A DNA stretch of 64,000 nt. It comes from Candidatus Oxydemutatoraceae bacterium (GTDB lineage Bacteria > Pseudomonadota > Gammaproteobacteria > Poriferisulfidales > Oxydemutatoraceae). Position numbers and translations under genes: made by a program. Shown piece after piece: positions 21,461 to 31,537 of the stretch. Below the pieces are notes generated by a model. The model searched no databases, was not told where the DNA came from, and worked only from the letters and a program-made list of their open reading frames with translations. Every line of letters begins with the position of its first letter. Within the stretch, counting starts at the first letter, position 1. Location of the stretch: assembly GCA_965211995.1 (NCBI GenBank), contig OZ243040.1, positions 1,031,620 through 1,095,619 of the forward strand, in the 5' to 3' direction.

Positions 21461-21544
21461 TTAGGAAATTTCCGCGCATGCGTAGCAGTTGATTTCCATG
21501 CCAACTGCGGTTTCCTTAATCGAAGGTGCTTTCCATAATTTCAT
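21461..21544 (-). CDS. pqqA: PQQ precursor peptide PqqA (27 aa)
   Basis: My translation of the minus strand gives MKLWKAPSIKETAVGMEINCYACAEIS, with the E-x-x-x-Y pair (EINCY) that is crosslinked in PQQ. There is a ggagga RBS 7 nt upstream. It lies immediately upstream of pqqB and is not in the ORF track because it is under 60 aa. Confidence 0.7.
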   Translation of the reverse strand: MKLWKAPSIKETAVGMEINCYACAEIS

Positions 21545-21865
21545 GGTTAGTCCTCCATATTACGTTGTTAGCTAACAATCCCCGGAGATTGCCGACGCTT
21601 CAACAGCGCCTTCTCTCACCGAGCACGGCATTATATCTTTTGGGAGGGGAAAGACTCAAGCGGAATCTATGCTGATTTTGAATACATGGTATGGCGAAAT
21701 CCGATAAAATCCGCATCAAACCGCCAAAAATCGCCCTTCGGAGAGGTGTTCATCCCGAGGCGCTCCGGCAGAACCGTTCACGTCGCTCTCTGCGTGGTTG
21801 CATTGGCCTTGCGTAAGGTGGTCGTCCTGAGACGCCTCGGCAGGGGCAACGGGGCGCGCGGGCTA

Positions 21866-21995
21866 AGTCTGAAGTGCGGCGCCCGCCCGTTATCCTCCGG
21901 TGCCCGCCCGCGTCGTTTTCTGGATTCCCCCCGCCGCTGACCGGGCCGACAATACGCCGGGTAGCGGCACTCCCTCCCGGAAAGTGCGGAATCAA
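21866..21995. repeat. MITE-like element copy (partial or degenerate)
   Basis: agtctgaagtgcggcgcccgcccgttatcctccggtgcccgcccgcgtcg...ggaaagtgcgg resembles the left half of the copy at 43115. Confidence 0.4.
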
Positions 21996-22336
21996 AAGCA
22001 GCGGATCTCTGCTTCGGCTTGCGCTTCCTTGAGTTTCTCGACCGACTTCCTCACCCACTCGACGTCCCGGAACATCGCGGTGCGGTCGCCCGGCATCAGC
22101 CGCATCCTCACGGCGGTTTCAGCATCAACGTATTCGTCGTAAGACATCCGCTCCGCGATCGTATCCACCGCACAGGAACATCTGCCGATCATGATCTCGG
22201 ACGCGCCGTTGCTGCTCATGCAGGCGAACACGTACTCGGCGCGCGCACGGGTCGGGAAGTCGTTGGCGGACGCCGCCGCCAAGCCCAGCATCAGCGCAAC
22301 GGCCGCCGCTCCCGTAATCATTTTGTTCATTGCCAT
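21992..22336 (-). CDS. Small secreted (signal-peptide) protein of unknown function in the xox cluster
   Basis: MAMNKMITGAAAVALMLGLAAASA is a signal peptide. 114 aa including 4 Cys. Confidence 0.45.
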   Translation of the reverse strand: MAMNKMITGAAAVALMLGLAAASANDFPTRARAEYVFACMSSNGASEIMIGRCSCAVDTIAERMSYDEYVDAETAVRMRLMPGDRTAMFRDVEWVRKSVEKLKEAQAEAEIRCF

Positions 22337-22349
22337 AACACGTTTCCCC

Positions 22350-23639
22350 CTATTCTTTCGGCTCCGCCGGTTCGAGGCGGTTAAAAACCATGCGCACGGA
22401 TTCCAGCGGCTCGGCGTCGGTCTCTTCCCCCACGATCAGTGTCGAGATGCTGTAGATGTATCCGGGGATGGATGCGCTCAGTATAAATTCGTAGAGTTTG
22501 CCTGTATAGCCCTGATACCTCTTGTCGTCGCCCCTGCCCGCCAGCGGCCGCATAAACACCTTGCGCGCTTTCAGTTTGCGCCCGCCGCGGGTCACGGTCA
22601 CTTCTTCGCTGTGTGTGCCGGTGCGAAACGCCTGCCGCAGTAGATGGCGGAAGTGATGGTGCGTGACGCGGCGACCGCCGCTCATTTTCTCCACGTCCCA
22701 TTGCAGGAAATACATGATCGCCGGATTGGAGTGGAAGTTTGTGATGTCGGCGAACGGCCTTTTGTTGACGCCGCTCAAAAACTCGACGCTTAAATTTTTA
22801 GCCCCGTCTTCGGCGACCCGGGTGATCTCGAGCGTCACCTGGTCTTCGATCTCGCGGGCGTGCGATCCCGCTTGGCGAAAATCGTAATGCAGCACGGACT
22901 CGGAAGCCACGTTCTCGAGGTGGGGAGTGTCGAACAGCAGCCGCTGCTCTTTGGTGTATTCATCATCAGCGCCGGGGGCGGCTTTAGGCGCGGTGTCCGC
23001 AACGGCGGCGCGCACGCCATCGGCGGCGGCGGTTTGAGGCGCCCGCGGAATCTCTCTGAATTCAGGCATCTTCACCGGGTCGCTGAGCTCAAGCGGATAG
23101 CCCATCAACTCCCACTCGTCGGTGCCGCCCGGAAACCAATAAACGTTACGGTAACCCAGCGCGATCGCTCTTTTAGCGGAGTTCCACGACATCCAGCAGT
23201 CAATCAGGCAGTAAAACACGAGCGGGCGTTGTTTGTTCCGCGCCGTCAGCCGCTCGAGGTTCTCGTTCAGGTATTCCTCAAACACCGGCGAGATGTCGCC
23301 GTCGCCGACGTTCGGCAACCATGCGCTGCCTGGGATATTGCGCCGCGGCGGCGTCCGCCACAAGTTCCCGGGCGGAAAGTCCGGCGGCTTGCGCATCAGC
23401 GGCAGCACGTCGATCAGCGCGGGTTCGCGTTCAAGCAAAACGTGCAACTGCCGGGCATTGACCACGGTCGCGCCGCGCAGGGTCGCGGGCGTCGGCGTGC
23501 GGTATTCGTCCATGCGGTAGCCTTCCGGCTCTGCGACGAAATCGGCGGCGGCGGCAACGCGCGCGCACGCCATCCACGCGAGCGCACACAGCAGCGCCAA
23601 TGTATATCGGTATCCGGCTGCGCGTCCCACCGCGTTCAT
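22350..23639 (-). CDS. Periplasmic rhodanese-domain protein resembling the PQQ-dependent-catabolism-associated CxxCW-motif family
   Basis: Signal peptide MNAVGRAAGYRYTLALLCALAWMACARVAAAADF. Rhodanese-like segment PLVFYCLIDCWMSWNSAKRAIALGYRNVYWFPGGTDEWE. The C-terminal roughly 250 aa are unassigned. I chose the start at Met 23639 because the 75 aa upstream of it in the track ORF look non-coding. Confidence 0.5.
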   Translation of the reverse strand: MNAVGRAAGYRYTLALLCALAWMACARVAAAADFVAEPEGYRMDEYRTPTPATLRGATVVNARQLHVLLEREPALIDVLPLMRKPPDFPPGNLWRTPPRRNIPGSAWLPNVGDGDISPVFEEYLNENLERLTARNKQRPLVFYCLIDCWMSWNSAKRAIALGYRNVYWFPGGTDEWELMGYPLELSDPVKMPEFREIPRAPQTAAADGVRAAVADTAPKAAPGADDEYTKEQRLLFDTPHLENVASESVLHYDFRQAGSHAREIEDQVTLEITRVAEDGAKNLSVEFLSGVNKRPFADITNFHSNPAIMYFLQWDVEKMSGGRRVTHHHFRHLLRQAFRTGTHSEEVTVTRGGRKLKARKVFMRPLAGRGDDKRYQGYTGKLYEFILSASIPGYIYSISTLIVGEETDAEPLESVRMVFNRLEPAEPKE

Positions 23640-24559
23640 TGTTCCACCAAAGGCACGTTGTACTCGGCCAGAATCGCGTTTATTTTCTCCTGATTCTTGC
23701 GGATCAACTTGTTCAATTCGCGCTTCCATTGTATTTCGCCGCTCCTGACTCCCATCGTGATCCGAAACACCATGCGGTGTTCGTCGCTGTTGTCGGCGGC
23801 CATCGGCACGACTTTGAAGCGCGAGCCGTTGCGCCGGTTCAGCCAGCCCGCGACCGGCCCCCACAAAACGGCGACGTCGAGATTGCCGGCGAGCACGTCC
23901 TTGAGGATCCGCTCCGAGGGCAACTCCGTGCCGGTATTCGTCACCGGCCGGTACGACACCATCTGCGTAATCAGGCCGTTCTCAAGCAGCAGCCCCGTCG
24001 GCGGCGCGCCCCCGATCAGGCCGATGCGCAGTTCGCGGTCTTTCAGCACCTTGTCGGACAGCGAAGCCAACTCGAAATCGGCGTCGGCGCGATACACCAA
24101 TGCAAACGCCGAAGAGTAATACGGATTGGTGTTCAAAAGCAGTTCGTGAGCCGCCGATATGCCGACGATCAAGTCGCAGCGCCTGGCGTTCAGCGTATCG
24201 CGCACGAACCTCGGGCCGAGGCTTTGGGAAAACCACGCGTAGGTCAGCGGAATACCGAGTTCGGCGGCGACCAACTCGGCGATCTTGTTCTCGAAACCTT
24301 CGCCGGCACGGTTGGAGTAAGGCAGATTGTCCGGGGCGCTGCACACGAGCAGCGTGGCGCGCCCTTTGATTTCAGTGCCGCCGTCAACCGCGCGTGCCTC
24401 AACGGCGGTGAACAACGCCGCCCCGGCAAACGCCGCGGCGAAAACCGCGGCCGCGGCCGCGCCCGCGACGACCCGCAAAAAAAAGCGGCCGGGCGGATTC
24501 AAGTTCGCAGTACGGCGTTGGCCCGTCATTCTTTTATGCCTATCCGCTTCATCTGCGGA
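23636..24559 (-). CDS. xoxJ: MxaJ/XoxJ periplasmic binding protein of the methanol-oxidation system
   Basis: LLVCSAPDNLPYSNRAGEGFENKIAELVAAELGIPLTYAWF...RCDLIVGISA...LDVAVLWGPVAGW is the MoxJ family signature. Start inferred at Met 24559. Confidence 0.75.
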   Translation of the reverse strand, partial: SADEADRHKRMTGQRRTANLNPPGRFFLRVVAGAAAAAVFAAAFAGAALFTAVEARAVDGGTEIKGRATLLVCSAPDNLPYSNRAGEGFENKIAELVAAELGIPLTYAWFSQSLGPRFVRDTLNARRCDLIVGISAAHELLLNTNPYYSSAFALVYRADADFELASLSDKVLKDRELRIGLIGGAPPTGLLLENGLITQMVSYRPVTNTGTELPSERILKDVLAGNLDVAVLWGPVAGWLNRRNGSRFKVVPMAADNSDEHRMVFRITMGVRSGEIQWKRELNKLIRKNQEKINAILAEYNVPLVEQ

Positions 24560-24760
24560 TTTATTCTTAACTGCATCAATCTGCGGATTGATCTTTTGGC
24601 CCCACAAACTGCGCGGATCGCCGCAGACGCCAAGCCGTCCTGTTTGAGCCTCAGGCGAGGCCGCAAAGCGCCCGCCCCTCTTTCTTCTGTCGCACTCCGG
24701 GCTGGAATCCGCCCTGCGGCTTTTCGTCACTTGTCGGCCCCGGCGATGACCCAACCGCAC
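24545..24760. repeat. Dispersed repeat family 2 (catctgcggatttat... tgtttgagcctcaggcga.gccgc ...gcactccgg.ctg.aa), copy A
   Basis: About 75% of its positions match 52925-53080. It shares the gcactccggactgaaag-type end with the MITE family. Confidence 0.5.
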
Positions 24761-24792
24761 TGAGCAATATGCAAAAACGGCGCTTGGAAAAC

Positions 24793-25293
24793 TCAGCTGC
24801 CCAAACAGACGTCGTCGCGCTCTTTCGCCGCCGCCGGCTTGGGCTGCTTGTTCGCCGGACGGTTGGTGCCGAGCACGCCGTCGGCCCTGGCGACGAGGTA
24901 GGCGTAGATGTCATCCACGAAACACATCACGTTGGGGTCCGTCGCGAAAGAAGGCATGCTGCTTTGCGCGGTCGTGCTCATGGTGGTAAGCCCGTTGACC
25001 ACTACTTCGAAGTATCTCTCGTAAGTCAGCCCTTTCTTATTGAAAGCATCGAGCAGACTCGGGGCGAATGAACCGCCGAGGCCCGCCGGGCCGTGGCAGG
25101 TGTGGCAGACCGCGTGATAGCGGCGATAGCCGTTGAACGTGTACCAGTCAATCCTGCTTTCCGCGTCCAGGTTGTACGGCTTGTCTTCGGCCACGGCGTC
25201 GGACGCCGGAAAAGAAATCAAAAGCACGCCCGCCAACAGCGCGAAAAACGCTCCGGTCAGGCGGCGGCCGGTCACCGTTTGCTTAACTTGCAT
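24793..25293 (-). CDS. xoxG: Cytochrome cL (MxaG/XoxG), electron acceptor of methanol dehydrogenase
   Basis: A single haem site CHTCHG, a signal peptide, and about 166 aa. Confidence 0.75.
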   Translation of the reverse strand: MQVKQTVTGRRLTGAFFALLAGVLLISFPASDAVAEDKPYNLDAESRIDWYTFNGYRRYHAVCHTCHGPAGLGGSFAPSLLDAFNKKGLTYERYFEVVVNGLTTMSTTAQSSMPSFATDPNVMCFVDDIYAYLVARADGVLGTNRPANKQPKPAAAKERDDVCLGS

Positions 25294-25418
25294 CCGCGTA
25301 TCCATTTTTTTAAAGCCTTATAACAATCAAAAAATCGTCGTTAAAAAAATACCCGGGGGTTGCACTAGGTGCGCCCCCGGGTACCGGATAAAAACGTTCT
25401 CTTTCTAAACGTCTGCGA

Positions 25419-27218
25419 TTAAAGAGAGAACACAGTCAGAGCACCGCCGAGGCGGGTGTAGTCCGAAAGACGGCGATAGCCGCCCACGGCACCGAGACCG
25501 TCAGTGTCATTTGTCAGACCCGCGGCCATGCCGATGCCGGCCCAACCACCGACGCCCGACAGGATGGCAATATATTGCTTGCCCTTATGCTCGTAGGTCG
25601 TGACGTTGCCGATGATGCCCGACGGGGTTTTGAACTTGTACAGCTCTTTCCCGCTCTTGGCGTCAACCGCTTTGAGATAGCCTTCCAGCGTGCCGTAGAA
25701 AACGACACCGCCCGCCGTCGCAAGCGCGCCGCTCCAAACCGAGAATCTCTCGGGCTTGGACCAGACGATCTTGCCTTTGCTGGCGTCCCAGGCGATGAAG
25801 TTGCCCATGTGATCGCCGCCCGGGGCGGGATACATTTTCAGCGTGGCGCCGACGTACAACTGACCCACCGTGTAACTCACCCGATGCGGCTCGTAGTCCA
25901 TGCACACGTGATTCGTGGGCACGTAGAACAAACCGGTCTGAGGCGAGAAAGAAGCGGGCTGCTGGTCTTTGGTTCCCAGAGCGGCGGGGCAGATGCCCGT
26001 GGTATTCACGTCTTCACCCTGGTGACCCGTGCTGTACCTGTCCACCACCTGCGGACGACCCGTCTTCATGTCAACGTGGGTAGCCCAGTTGACCGCGGGA
26101 TCGAATTTTTCCGCGACCAGCAATTCGCCCGACTCGCGGTCCAGCGTGTAGCCGAAACCGTTGCGGTCGAAGTGCACCAGCGCTTTGCGCGTTCTCCCGT
26201 TGACCTCAATATCGGCCAGGATCATCTCGTTGATGCCGTCATAGTCCCACTCGTCGTGAGGCGTCATCTGATAAACCCATTTGGTATGGCCGGTGTCGGG
26301 GTCGCGCGCAAAAATGGTCATTGACCATTTGTTGTCGCCCGGACGCTGAACCGGATTCCACGTGCTCGGATTACCCGAGCCGTAATAAATCAAATTCAGT
26401 TCGGGGTCGTATGAAAACCAACCCCAGGTCGTGCCGCCGCCGATTTTCCATTGGTCGCCTTTCCAGGTTTTGACACCGGAATCGGTACCGACGGATTGGC
26501 CGAGATGGGTGGTCTTCGCACTCATCAGGGTGTCCGAATCGGGACCCATCGAGTAGCCGCGCCACACTCGCTTGCCGCTCTTGATGTCGTACGCGGTCAA
26601 ACTGCCGCGGACGCCGTACTCGCCGCCGCTGATGCCGACGTAGATCTTGTCGTTGACGACCATCGGCGCCGCGGTTCCGGTTTCGGCCTTGCTGACGTCA
26701 CCGTTGGTGGCGCTCCACTCGACCTTGCCGCTCTTGGCGTTCAGAGCGACCAGTTTGGTGTTGGCCTGGTACAGGAAAACCTTGCCGTCGGCGTAAGCCA
26801 ACCCGCGGTTGACGGTGTCGCAGCACAAAACCCCGACCCCGTACTCGTGCTCGAGCACTTCGGGCTGTGACGGCACGTATTCCCAAACGATCCTCGCGTC
26901 CTCGTCCAAATCGAGCGCGAACACCTTGTTCGGAAAAGGCGTGTGCACGTACATCATGCTGCCGATGATCAACGGGCCGCCTTCGTGGCCACGAAGAACT
27001 CCCGTCGAGAAAGACCAGGCAACGTTCAAGTCATTGACGTTGCCGGCGTTGATTTGATCGAGTTCAGAGTAACGGTGATTGGCGTAATTACCGGTAGGCA
27101 TCACCCACTGCTTAGCATCGTGTTGCAACTTCAGCAGTTCACTGTTTGCCTGCGCGACGGACGCCGCACCGAAACTCAGAACTATGGCGATCAGAAGAAA
27201 TTTCGTCGATATCTTCAT
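25419..27218 (-). CDS. xoxF: PQQ-dependent methanol dehydrogenase large subunit, lanthanide (XoxF) type
   Basis: 599 aa, signal peptide, the vicinal disulfide [10 protein letters not shown], and the tryptophan-docking propeller. It has DEWDYDG (Asp-x-Asp after the catalytic Asp, i.e. the lanthanide ligand). There is no mxaI small-subunit gene, and the gene order is F-G-J. Confidence 0.8.
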   Translation of the reverse strand: MKISTKFLLIAIVLSFGAASVAQANSELLKLQHDAKQWVMPTGNYANHRYSELDQINAGNVNDLNVAWSFSTGVLRGHEGGPLIIGSMMYVHTPFPNKVFALDLDEDARIVWEYVPSQPEVLEHEYGVGVLCCDTVNRGLAYADGKVFLYQANTKLVALNAKSGKVEWSATNGDVSKAETGTAAPMVVNDKIYVGISGGEYGVRGSLTAYDIKSGKRVWRGYSMGPDSDTLMSAKTTHLGQSVGTDSGVKTWKGDQWKIGGGTTWGWFSYDPELNLIYYGSGNPSTWNPVQRPGDNKWSMTIFARDPDTGHTKWVYQMTPHDEWDYDGINEMILADIEVNGRTRKALVHFDRNGFGYTLDRESGELLVAEKFDPAVNWATHVDMKTGRPQVVDRYSTGHQGEDVNTTGICPAALGTKDQQPASFSPQTGLFYVPTNHVCMDYEPHRVSYTVGQLYVGATLKMYPAPGGDHMGNFIAWDASKGKIVWSKPERFSVWSGALATAGGVVFYGTLEGYLKAVDAKSGKELYKFKTPSGIIGNVTTYEHKGKQYIAILSGVGGWAGIGMAAGLTNDTDGLGAVGGYRRLSDYTRLGGALTVFSL

Positions 27219-27536
27219 GATCGACTACCCTCCTTTATTTAAATAAAGATTCAGGCCGCTGTACCTGCAAAAACAAGGCCAAACCGCCCGAAGCCGGAAG
27301 AGAATAACACATTTTGGATATTCCTTACGGAATACGCCCGATTAGACAACCCCCGGACAGTTCCGGCCAGAATAGCCCGTACAAAAGCGTTTTTAATAGA
27401 TTATTCCGGTCTCAACGATTCCCGGCCGCCCCGTGCCCCAAGCCTCCCAATGGAGCCGGCAGCCCTGATTCTGTGAAAATGTCCCATTCTTCGTATGATA
27501 GTGCTGCAAACCGCACAGCCGGAGGCGCCAGCCCTC

Positions 27537-29231
27537 ATGCCGGATAAACCAAGCCAGCCGAGCGACATCGAAATCGCCGCGCAAGCGAAAATGCGCCGCA
27601 TCTCGGACGTCGCCGCAGAAAAACTCGGGATCGACGCCGGCGTCCTCGAACTCTTCGGCCACCACAAAGCCAAAATCCCTCTCGACTTCATCGCCTCGCT
27701 GAACGAGCGCCCGACGGGCAAGCTGATCCTGGTCACCGCGACGCACCCGACGCCGCGCGGCGAAGGCAAAACCACGACCACGATCGGCCTCGGCGACGCA
27801 CTCAATCGCATCGGCAAAAAAACGATTATGTGCATCCGCGAGCCGTCGCTGGGCCCGTGCTTCGGGATCAAGGGCGGCGCGGCCGGCGGCGGGTACGCGC
27901 AAGTCGTGCCGATGGAGGACATCAACCTGCACTTCACCGGCGATCTGCACGCGGTTTCCCTCACGCACAACCTGCTCGCGGCCCTGATCGACAATCATAT
28001 CCACCACGGCAACGCGCTCGGGCTCGACCCGCGGCGCACCAGTTGGAAACGGGTGGTTGACCTCAACGACCGCTCGCTGAGAAAAATCGTCGTCGGCCTC
28101 GGCGGCACCGTCAACGGCTACCTGCGCGAAGACGGCTTCGACATCGTCACCGCCTCCGAAGTGATGGCGATCCTGTGCCTGTCGTCGTCGCTTGCGGAGC
28201 TCAAGCGCCGCCTCGGCAGCATCGTCATCGGCTACAACTACGCGGGCGAGATGGTGCGCGCCGCCGACCTCAAGGCGCACGGCTCGATGGCCGCGCTGCT
28301 CAAGGACACGCTCAAGCCCAACCTCGTGCAGACGCTGGAGAACAACCCAACGCTGGTGCACGGCGGCCCGTTTGCGAACATCGCCCACGGCTGCAACTCG
28401 ATCATCGCGACCAAGTGCGCGCTCAAACTCGCCGACTACGTGATCACCGAAGCGGGCTTTGGCGCCGACCTCGGCGCCGAGAAGTTCTTTGATATCAAGT
28501 GCCGCAAGGCCGGCCTCGCACCCTCGCTCGCCGTCATCGTCACCACGGTGCGCGCGTTGCAGTACCACGGACATCACCACCCGCGACGCCGGGAAGCCGA
28601 CACGCTCAAAACGCTCGAAAAAGGCATCGCCAACCTCGAACGCCACATAGACAACATCCGCAACTGCTTCCAACTGCCGTGCCTGGTCGCGATCAACCGC
28701 TTCAGCGAAGACCGCGACGAGGAATTGGCCTTGATCATCGAAAAAGCGGCGGCGCACGGCGCCGAAGCGGTGATCGCCGACCACTGGGCCGGCGGCGGCG
28801 CCGGCGCCGAAGATCTCGCCCGCGCGGTGGTTGACGCGACCGCCGGCGAACCGCCGCCGCTGCAATTCGCCTACGATGAAAGAGACACCCTGTGGCAGAA
28901 AATCGAAAAAATCGCCAAGAAGATCTACGGTGCCGGCGAAGTGATCGCGGACATGAAAATACGCAACCGCATCCACTACTATCAGGAAAACGGCTACGGC
29001 CACTTCCCCGTCTGCATCGCCAAAACCCAGTACTCTTTCTCTACCGACCCGCAACTGCGGGGCGCGCCGTCCCGGCACATCGTGCGCCTCAACGACATCT
29101 CGCTGTCGGCGGGCGCCGAATTCTTCGTCGTCGGCTGCGGGCATATCCAAACCATGCCCGGTTTGCCCAGGGAGCCGGCGGCCAACTTCATAGACGTTGA
29201 CAAAGACGGCAAGATCAGCGGGCTGTTCTGA
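27537..29231 (+). CDS. fhs: Formate--tetrahydrofolate ligase
   Basis: [41 protein letters not shown], about 564 aa. Start chosen at [17 protein letters not shown]; the track ORF starts 14 codons earlier. Confidence 0.9.
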   Translation: MPDKPSQPSDIEIAAQAKMRRISDVAAEKLGIDAGVLELFGHHKAKIPLDFIASLNERPTGKLILVTATHPTPRGEGKTTTTIGLGDALNRIGKKTIMCIREPSLGPCFGIKGGAAGGGYAQVVPMEDINLHFTGDLHAVSLTHNLLAALIDNHIHHGNALGLDPRRTSWKRVVDLNDRSLRKIVVGLGGTVNGYLREDGFDIVTASEVMAILCLSSSLAELKRRLGSIVIGYNYAGEMVRAADLKAHGSMAALLKDTLKPNLVQTLENNPTLVHGGPFANIAHGCNSIIATKCALKLADYVITEAGFGADLGAEKFFDIKCRKAGLAPSLAVIVTTVRALQYHGHHHPRRREADTLKTLEKGIANLERHIDNIRNCFQLPCLVAINRFSEDRDEELALIIEKAAAHGAEAVIADHWAGGGAGAEDLARAVVDATAGEPPPLQFAYDERDTLWQKIEKIAKKIYGAGEVIADMKIRNRIHYYQENGYGHFPVCIAKTQYSFSTDPQLRGAPSRHIVRLNDISLSAGAEFFVVGCGHIQTMPGLPREPAANFIDVDKDGKISGLF

Positions 29232-29459
29232 ACCCGGCGGCGGGGTTCAAGCCGGGGCTCAGGGCAACCCGCCCGGGTTGCGGGGTAAACCCGTCCCTGT
29301 GCGCCGCCGCCTGAGCCGCGATTTGCGCCAAACGACACCGGGCGGGCTTATGACCCGACCCGCCAAACGCCCCGCACTACTTGGAATGCCTTAGCCGGCG
29401 GGGGTTAAAAGAAACGTGCTCGTTAATAAAGAGGACAAGAAAATTCTCTACTTCCTTTT

Positions 29460-30518
29460 CTATCTTTCGGTAAGCATCCGTATAGAAAATCTTGCTCCTT
29501 TGCGGCATAACGATTTATTGCCAAATAAAGATGTCTGAGTTTCTGAGTGGCCGCTGTTTTTACCGTTGCCGGATTGTTCATTGAGGGTATTTCGATCCCA
29601 AAAAACGCCGTCGGAATAACCTTGTATCGCTTTGTTTAATTCCGCCATTTCCAGCCGTTTTTCGGCAAGGCAGCTATAGAGTTCATCTATTTCAATGCCC
29701 ACGTAATTTCTTCCCAGCTTTTTTGCAACAACGGAGGTAGTCCCAGAGCCGAGAAAGGGATCAAAGACGACATGACCGGGTTTTGAACTTGCGAGAAGAA
29801 TTTTTGCAATCAACTTCTCCGGTTTCTGAGTCGGATGATCCGTGTTTTCCGGCATCGACCAAAAAGGAATCGTGATATCGGTCCAAATGTTTGATGGGTG
29901 CGTCAGGCGGTATTTTCCGTTTTCCTCCTCGCTCCAATCTTTGGCTTTTCCAGAATCATCGCGATAAGGAGCGATGACCTTTCTTTTCATTTTTACCGCC
30001 GCAACGTTAAAATAATAATCTTTTGACATCGTGCAAAACCACATATCCTCAGAGTTGTTTTTCCAGTTTGTTTTTGCGCCGCGCCCTTTCTCTCTTTCAA
30101 ACGTTATGCGGTTTTGAATTTCAAAATGCTTCCCGGCAACATTGAAAATCCCCCCGGACGATTTCCAATCCCCGCAAATGTAAACAGAGGCCGTCGGCTT
30201 CAACAGGCGCACCATTTTGCTTATCCATGAATCCAGCCAGTTCTCGTATTTTTCCGATTCCATTTCCTTAAACACGGCAAGATTGAAAGTTTTATTGAGA
30301 TTATATGGAGGATCGACAAAGGCAATATCCACAAACTTATCAGGCAAATAGTCCAACACTTCAAAAGTATCCTGCTGTATTGTTTTATTCAAGACCTCAC
30401 CGACGGAAGCCGGCCCGTCAATTTTGACAAGCCGTTTCTTGTATTTAGCCCAGTCGTTATCGCTTAAATCAATGGTGCGATTGCGCGGGGCTTTTTCTTT
30501 TGGCTTTTCACTATTCAC
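29460..30518 (-). CDS. Orphan beta-class DNA methyltransferase (N6-adenine or N4-cytosine), low GC
   Basis: Motif IV DPPY (FVDPPYN) precedes motif I FDPFLGSGTT, which is the beta-class order. AT-rich codon usage. No adjacent restriction endonuclease ORF. Confidence 0.8.
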   Translation of the reverse strand: MNSEKPKEKAPRNRTIDLSDNDWAKYKKRLVKIDGPASVGEVLNKTIQQDTFEVLDYLPDKFVDIAFVDPPYNLNKTFNLAVFKEMESEKYENWLDSWISKMVRLLKPTASVYICGDWKSSGGIFNVAGKHFEIQNRITFEREKGRGAKTNWKNNSEDMWFCTMSKDYYFNVAAVKMKRKVIAPYRDDSGKAKDWSEEENGKYRLTHPSNIWTDITIPFWSMPENTDHPTQKPEKLIAKILLASSKPGHVVFDPFLGSGTTSVVAKKLGRNYVGIEIDELYSCLAEKRLEMAELNKAIQGYSDGVFWDRNTLNEQSGNGKNSGHSETQTSLFGNKSLCRKGARFSIRMLTER

Positions 30519-30546
30519 GCTTGCTTTGCTCAGTCCACCAAACGGT

Positions 30547-30634
30547 TGGCGGAGAGGGAGGGATTCGAACCCCCGGACCGTCGCCGGTCAACGGTTTTCA
30601 AGACCGCCGCTTTAGACCACTCAGCCACCTCTCC
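30547..30634 (-). tRNA. tRNA-Ser: tRNA-Ser (anticodon UGA), class II with long variable arm
   Basis: RC is GGAGAGGTGGCTGAGTGGTCTAAAGCGGCGGTCTTGAAAACCGTTGACCGGCGACGGTCCGGGGGTTCGAATCCCTCCCTCTCCGCCA. It has a 7-bp acceptor stem, a 3-bp D stem, anticodon loop CT-TGA-AA, a 16-nt variable arm, a TPsiC loop TTCGAAT and an encoded CCA. Confidence 0.85.
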
Positions 30635-30848
30635 CGGACGGAATCCACGCATATTACACAAAACCGGCGGCGGCGGCGGCGATCCCGGCGCTCAGCCGCG
30701 GCAAACACTACCCGGCGCTCGCACAAGGCGGCAGCGGCAATCCCGGCGCCCACCCCCCGTGAATCCCTTGTTTTTTTGAACGCCGCCCCCATCTTTGATA
30801 GACTAACGGATGGTTTTCAACGCCCCGATATAAACCTGCAATAAAGAG

Positions 30849-31517
30849 GTGAAAAACATGGAATACGCTTCAACTCAATCGCGCGCCGGCGTACTCGCGA
30901 CCAACAAGGTCATACGCAACACCTATCTGTTGCTGACCATGACCTTGCTGACGTCCGCGATCACCGCGGCCATCGCGATGGCCAGCCGCGCAAGTTTCGT
31001 GAACCCGATCCTGATGCTGGTGGTGTTCATCGGCATGCCGTTCGTGATCTATCGCCTCAGAAACAGCGCCTGGGCATTGCCCGTCACTTTCCTGTTCACC
31101 GGCTTCATGGGCTACGTACTCGGCCCGATCCTCAATGTGTATCTTGGGTTGCCGAACGGGCCGCAGGTCGTGATGGCGGCATTCGCGACCACCGCCGTCA
31201 TGTTCTTCGGCCTGTCGGGCTACGCGCTGATGACGCGCCGCGACTTCAGTTTCATGGGCGGCTTTCTCTTCACCGGCTTGCTCGTGCTGATCGGCGCAGT
31301 CATCCTCAACCTGTTCATGTCCATCCCGGCGCTGTCGCTGACGATTTCGGCGGCGGCCGTGATCCTGATGACCGGCATGATCCTGTATGACACCAGCCGC
31401 ATGGTGCACGGCGGCGAAACCAACTACATCGTGATGACGGTTTCGATGTTCGCCAGCATCTACGTGCTGTTTATACATTTGTTGAACCTGTTCTCGTTCT
31501 TCGGCGGCAACGATTAA
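30849..31517 (+). CDS. Bax inhibitor-1/YccA-family membrane protein
   Basis: Seven predicted TM segments, and YDTSRMVHGGETNYIVMTVSMFASIYVLFIHLLNLF is the family C-terminal motif. Confidence 0.75.
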   Translation: MKNMEYASTQSRAGVLATNKVIRNTYLLLTMTLLTSAITAAIAMASRASFVNPILMLVVFIGMPFVIYRLRNSAWALPVTFLFTGFMGYVLGPILNVYLGLPNGPQVVMAAFATTAVMFFGLSGYALMTRRDFSFMGGFLFTGLLVLIGAVILNLFMSIPALSLTISAAAVILMTGMILYDTSRMVHGGETNYIVMTVSMFASIYVLFIHLLNLFSFFGGND

Positions 31518-31537
31518 CCCGCAATTCCCCCGCGCCG

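Noticed and set aside
22350-23864. N-terminal 75 codons of the rhodanese-domain ORF
   Set aside because: A signal peptide begins at Met 23639 and the upstream extension is a low-complexity read-through of the xoxJ 3' region.
25419-27218. Calling the methanol dehydrogenase MxaF (calcium type)
   Set aside because: It has Asp-Tyr-Asp at the lanthanide-ligand position, no mxaI small-subunit gene, and an xoxF-G-J gene order.
27240-27536. Possible ZTP/THF riboswitch upstream of fhs
   Set aside because: I could not find the conserved pfl/ZTP or THF core sequences in the leader.
27393-29150. 585-aa ORF antisense to fhs
   Set aside because: It exactly overlaps a strongly conserved gene on the other strand. 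It is Arg/Ala/Gly-rich, as is typical for a GC-rich antisense frame, and has no motifs.
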